Assembly: GCA_963777955.1 (NCBI GenBank)
Contig: CAVZSQ010000018.1
Coordinates: 32,001-96,000, forward strand
Origin: Calditrichia bacterium
Lineage (GTDB): Bacteria; Calditrichota; Calditrichia; JAJRVZ01
Direction: 5' to 3'
DNA length: 64,000 nucleotides
Numbering within the stretch: the first letter of the stretch is position 1; the number at the start of each line of letters is the position of its first letter. The translations under genes were made by a program, and so were the position numbers. The notes beneath the pieces are model-generated. The model was not told the DNA's origin, did not search any database, and was given only the letters and a program-made list of their open reading frames with translations. Of this stretch, positions 62,252 through 64,000 are shown one piece after another.

Positions 62252-64000
62252 GTGAGTACCAAATTCAAATTATATATAATGATTTTAATAGGAATCCTTT
62301 CTTTCTCCAGCCTCTGCGCGCAGGAGTTTAAGGTAAAGAATATCCGATTTGTCAATAACCGTGCTTTTACCCGAAAAGTATTATTGAACGTACTTCATTC
62401 TAAACGCAAAAGCGAATTTGACGCCCGCCTGGTCAAACTGGACAAGATTCTGCTCACTAATTATTACCGTAAACAGGGTTACCTGACCACCGAAGTGTTC
62501 GACAGCCTGGTGGTCGATAAAACTGAGCTCAAGGTTGAGATCTTTTACCTCCTGGCCGAAGGTATGCGCTATTATCTTAATCAGATCGTATTTAACGGCA
62601 ATGCCGATATCTCAGCGACTGAACTGACCAGGCAGACAAAGGATATTGAATTAAATGTTCCCTTTGACGAAGCGGTACTGATCGAGTTAAAGCAGAAGAT
62701 TGAGAATCTTTATTATAACAATGGAAAACCCTATGCCGAAATAAATCTTGATTATGAATTTACCCAGGATACACTGGTAATAGCAAAAGTAAATATAATG
62801 GAAAAGCAGACCGTTTATATACGGGATGTGAAATATCTGGGATTACAGGAATCGCGCAAGTTCATTGTCAAACGGGAACTGGAGTTTGATAAAAATGAAA
62901 AGTACAATCGTGAATTAATATTATATTCGCAGGAAAATATATATGGTACCGGTTTGTTTGATTATGTCCGTTTTGATCTGGAACAATATGCTGCCGATAT
63001 GACAGGTGTCACCGTAAAAATTATGGTGCAGGAAAAGAAAGCACGCTGGTTTGGAGCGCGAATCGGGTATGCCTATGAGCAGGAGGAAGTATACGGAAAT
63101 AAAATTGAATTTGCCCTGGAAGGGGGACACCGCAATTTATTCGGCACAGCGCGCAGTGTAAGTCTGCATCTGGTACCTTCCCTGCAATATGATTTTAAAA
63201 CCCGCAAGGTGCTTAATCCCGAGAATCAAATCTCCCTGATTTTCGTGGAACCATGGTTGGGATTTGCCAAAACACCGGGTACCTTCCAGTTTTCGTACCA
63301 TCAGTACCGGCCTCTGAACAGCGCCGACTTCAATGTAATGATGTATGGTATAAATGTCAGTCATAGTGCCGCATCCACGGTCGCCCGGCGCAATGGCCGG
63401 GAAATTACCCTCAGTGCCTCAGTCCAGGTAAAGTTTGTCGATGTGTTATCCAAGGGTATACTGGACACGCTGCTGGAAGCGGATGTGGGCAAGGAACAGG
63501 TTTATACGACAACACTTTATGCCCGCCGGGATACTAAAAATAATTATTTTAATCCCACCGGCGGATCGGTGAGCGACCTGAGCATCGGCTTCTCCCAGTC
63601 GGTCGGTAAAAATGAATTCGGAAATAGCCGGACTAACCGTTATTTTACTGTAATTTCATCCTGGCAGCGTTATCAACCGGTAGGACCCAAAGCATTCCGT
63701 AAACAGACAAAAATAACCCTGGCCACCAGATTAAAAACCGGCGCCTTATTCGAAATCGGTGGTACGAAAAATATTCCGATTTCTGAACTGTTCTTTGCCG
63801 GCGGGGCAACCTCGGTGCGCGGATATGGTGAACAGTTGCTGGGTCCGGCCGCTCTGGATGAGGATGGCTACAAGAGCAGGGCACTTGGCGGAAAAATGCT
63901 GATGCTGCTGAATGCCGAGTTTCGCATCCCGCTCTACTGGTTGTTCCAGACAGAAATATTCCTTGATGGTGGAAATGTCTGGCAGGAGGTGAAATTTTTT
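62252..64000 (+). CDS. BamA/TamA (Omp85) family outer-membrane protein, truncated by the window end; absent from the ORF track
   Basis: Frame from GTG 62252 gives a signal peptide, POTRA-like YYRKQGY and IYGTGLFD, HRNLFG, and in the same frame FFAGGATSVRGY and NAEFRIP...FLDGGNVW. Confidence 0.88.
   Translation, partial: MSTKFKLYIMILIGILSFSSLCAQEFKVKNIRFVNNRAFTRKVLLNVLHSKRKSEFDARLVKLDKILLTNYYRKQGYLTTEVFDSLVVDKTELKVEIFYLLAEGMRYYLNQIVFNGNADISATELTRQTKDIELNVPFDEAVLIELKQKIENLYYNNGKPYAEINLDYEFTQDTLVIAKVNIMEKQTVYIRDVKYLGLQESRKFIVKRELEFDKNEKYNRELILYSQENIYGTGLFDYVRFDLEQYAADMTGVTVKIMVQEKKARWFGARIGYAYEQEEVYGNKIEFALEGGHRNLFGTARSVSLHLVPSLQYDFKTRKVLNPENQISLIFVEPWLGFAKTPGTFQFSYHQYRPLNSADFNVMMYGINVSHSAASTVARRNGREITLSASVQVKFVDVLSKGILDTLLEADVGKEQVYTTTLYARRDTKNNYFNPTGGSVSDLSIGFSQSVGKNEFGNSRTNRYFTVISSWQRYQPVGPKAFRKQTKITLATRLKTGALFEIGGTKNIPISELFFAGGATSVRGYGEQLLGPAALDEDGYKSRALGGKMLMLLNAEFRIPLYWLFQTEIFLDGGNVWQEVKFF

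Overview
64 kb of bacterial chromosome from a Gram-negative, probably anaerobic lineage. C-terminal 'YPNPFNP...WDG...KKM' domains, TamB/Omp85 and TSP3-OmpA suggest a Calditrichota/KSB1/Ignavibacteria-like organism (inference). In order: a SAM-I-riboswitch-led metY-metX-lysC operon; a secreted beta-helix/Ig protein; an ilvD-ilvB-ilvN-ilvC-leuB-leuA-leuC-leuD-cimA operon preceded by an unannotated Leu/Ile/Val-rich leader peptide; a putative trans-envelope electron conduit (His-rich inner-membrane protein, 20-heme and 25-heme c cytochromes, outer-membrane barrel, circularly permuted ferredoxin-flavoprotein) interrupted by asnB; rny, ferredoxin, dodecin; an MtaB/MtaC-like methyltransferase pair; pepP; a 32-aa basic mini-ORF; a 2-oxoacid:ferredoxin oxidoreductase operon; OmpA; comM; a lipoprotein / sigma-54 activator / glycine-loop-less Ser/Thr kinase / secreted-protein cassette with sigma-54-like promoters and a candidate UAS; tamB and a truncated Omp85 gene. 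Intergenic gaps hold a dispersed octamer tandem-repeat family and several REP-like palindromes. Multiple single-base frameshifts look like assembly indels. No rRNA, tRNA, CRISPR array or transposase was recognised.
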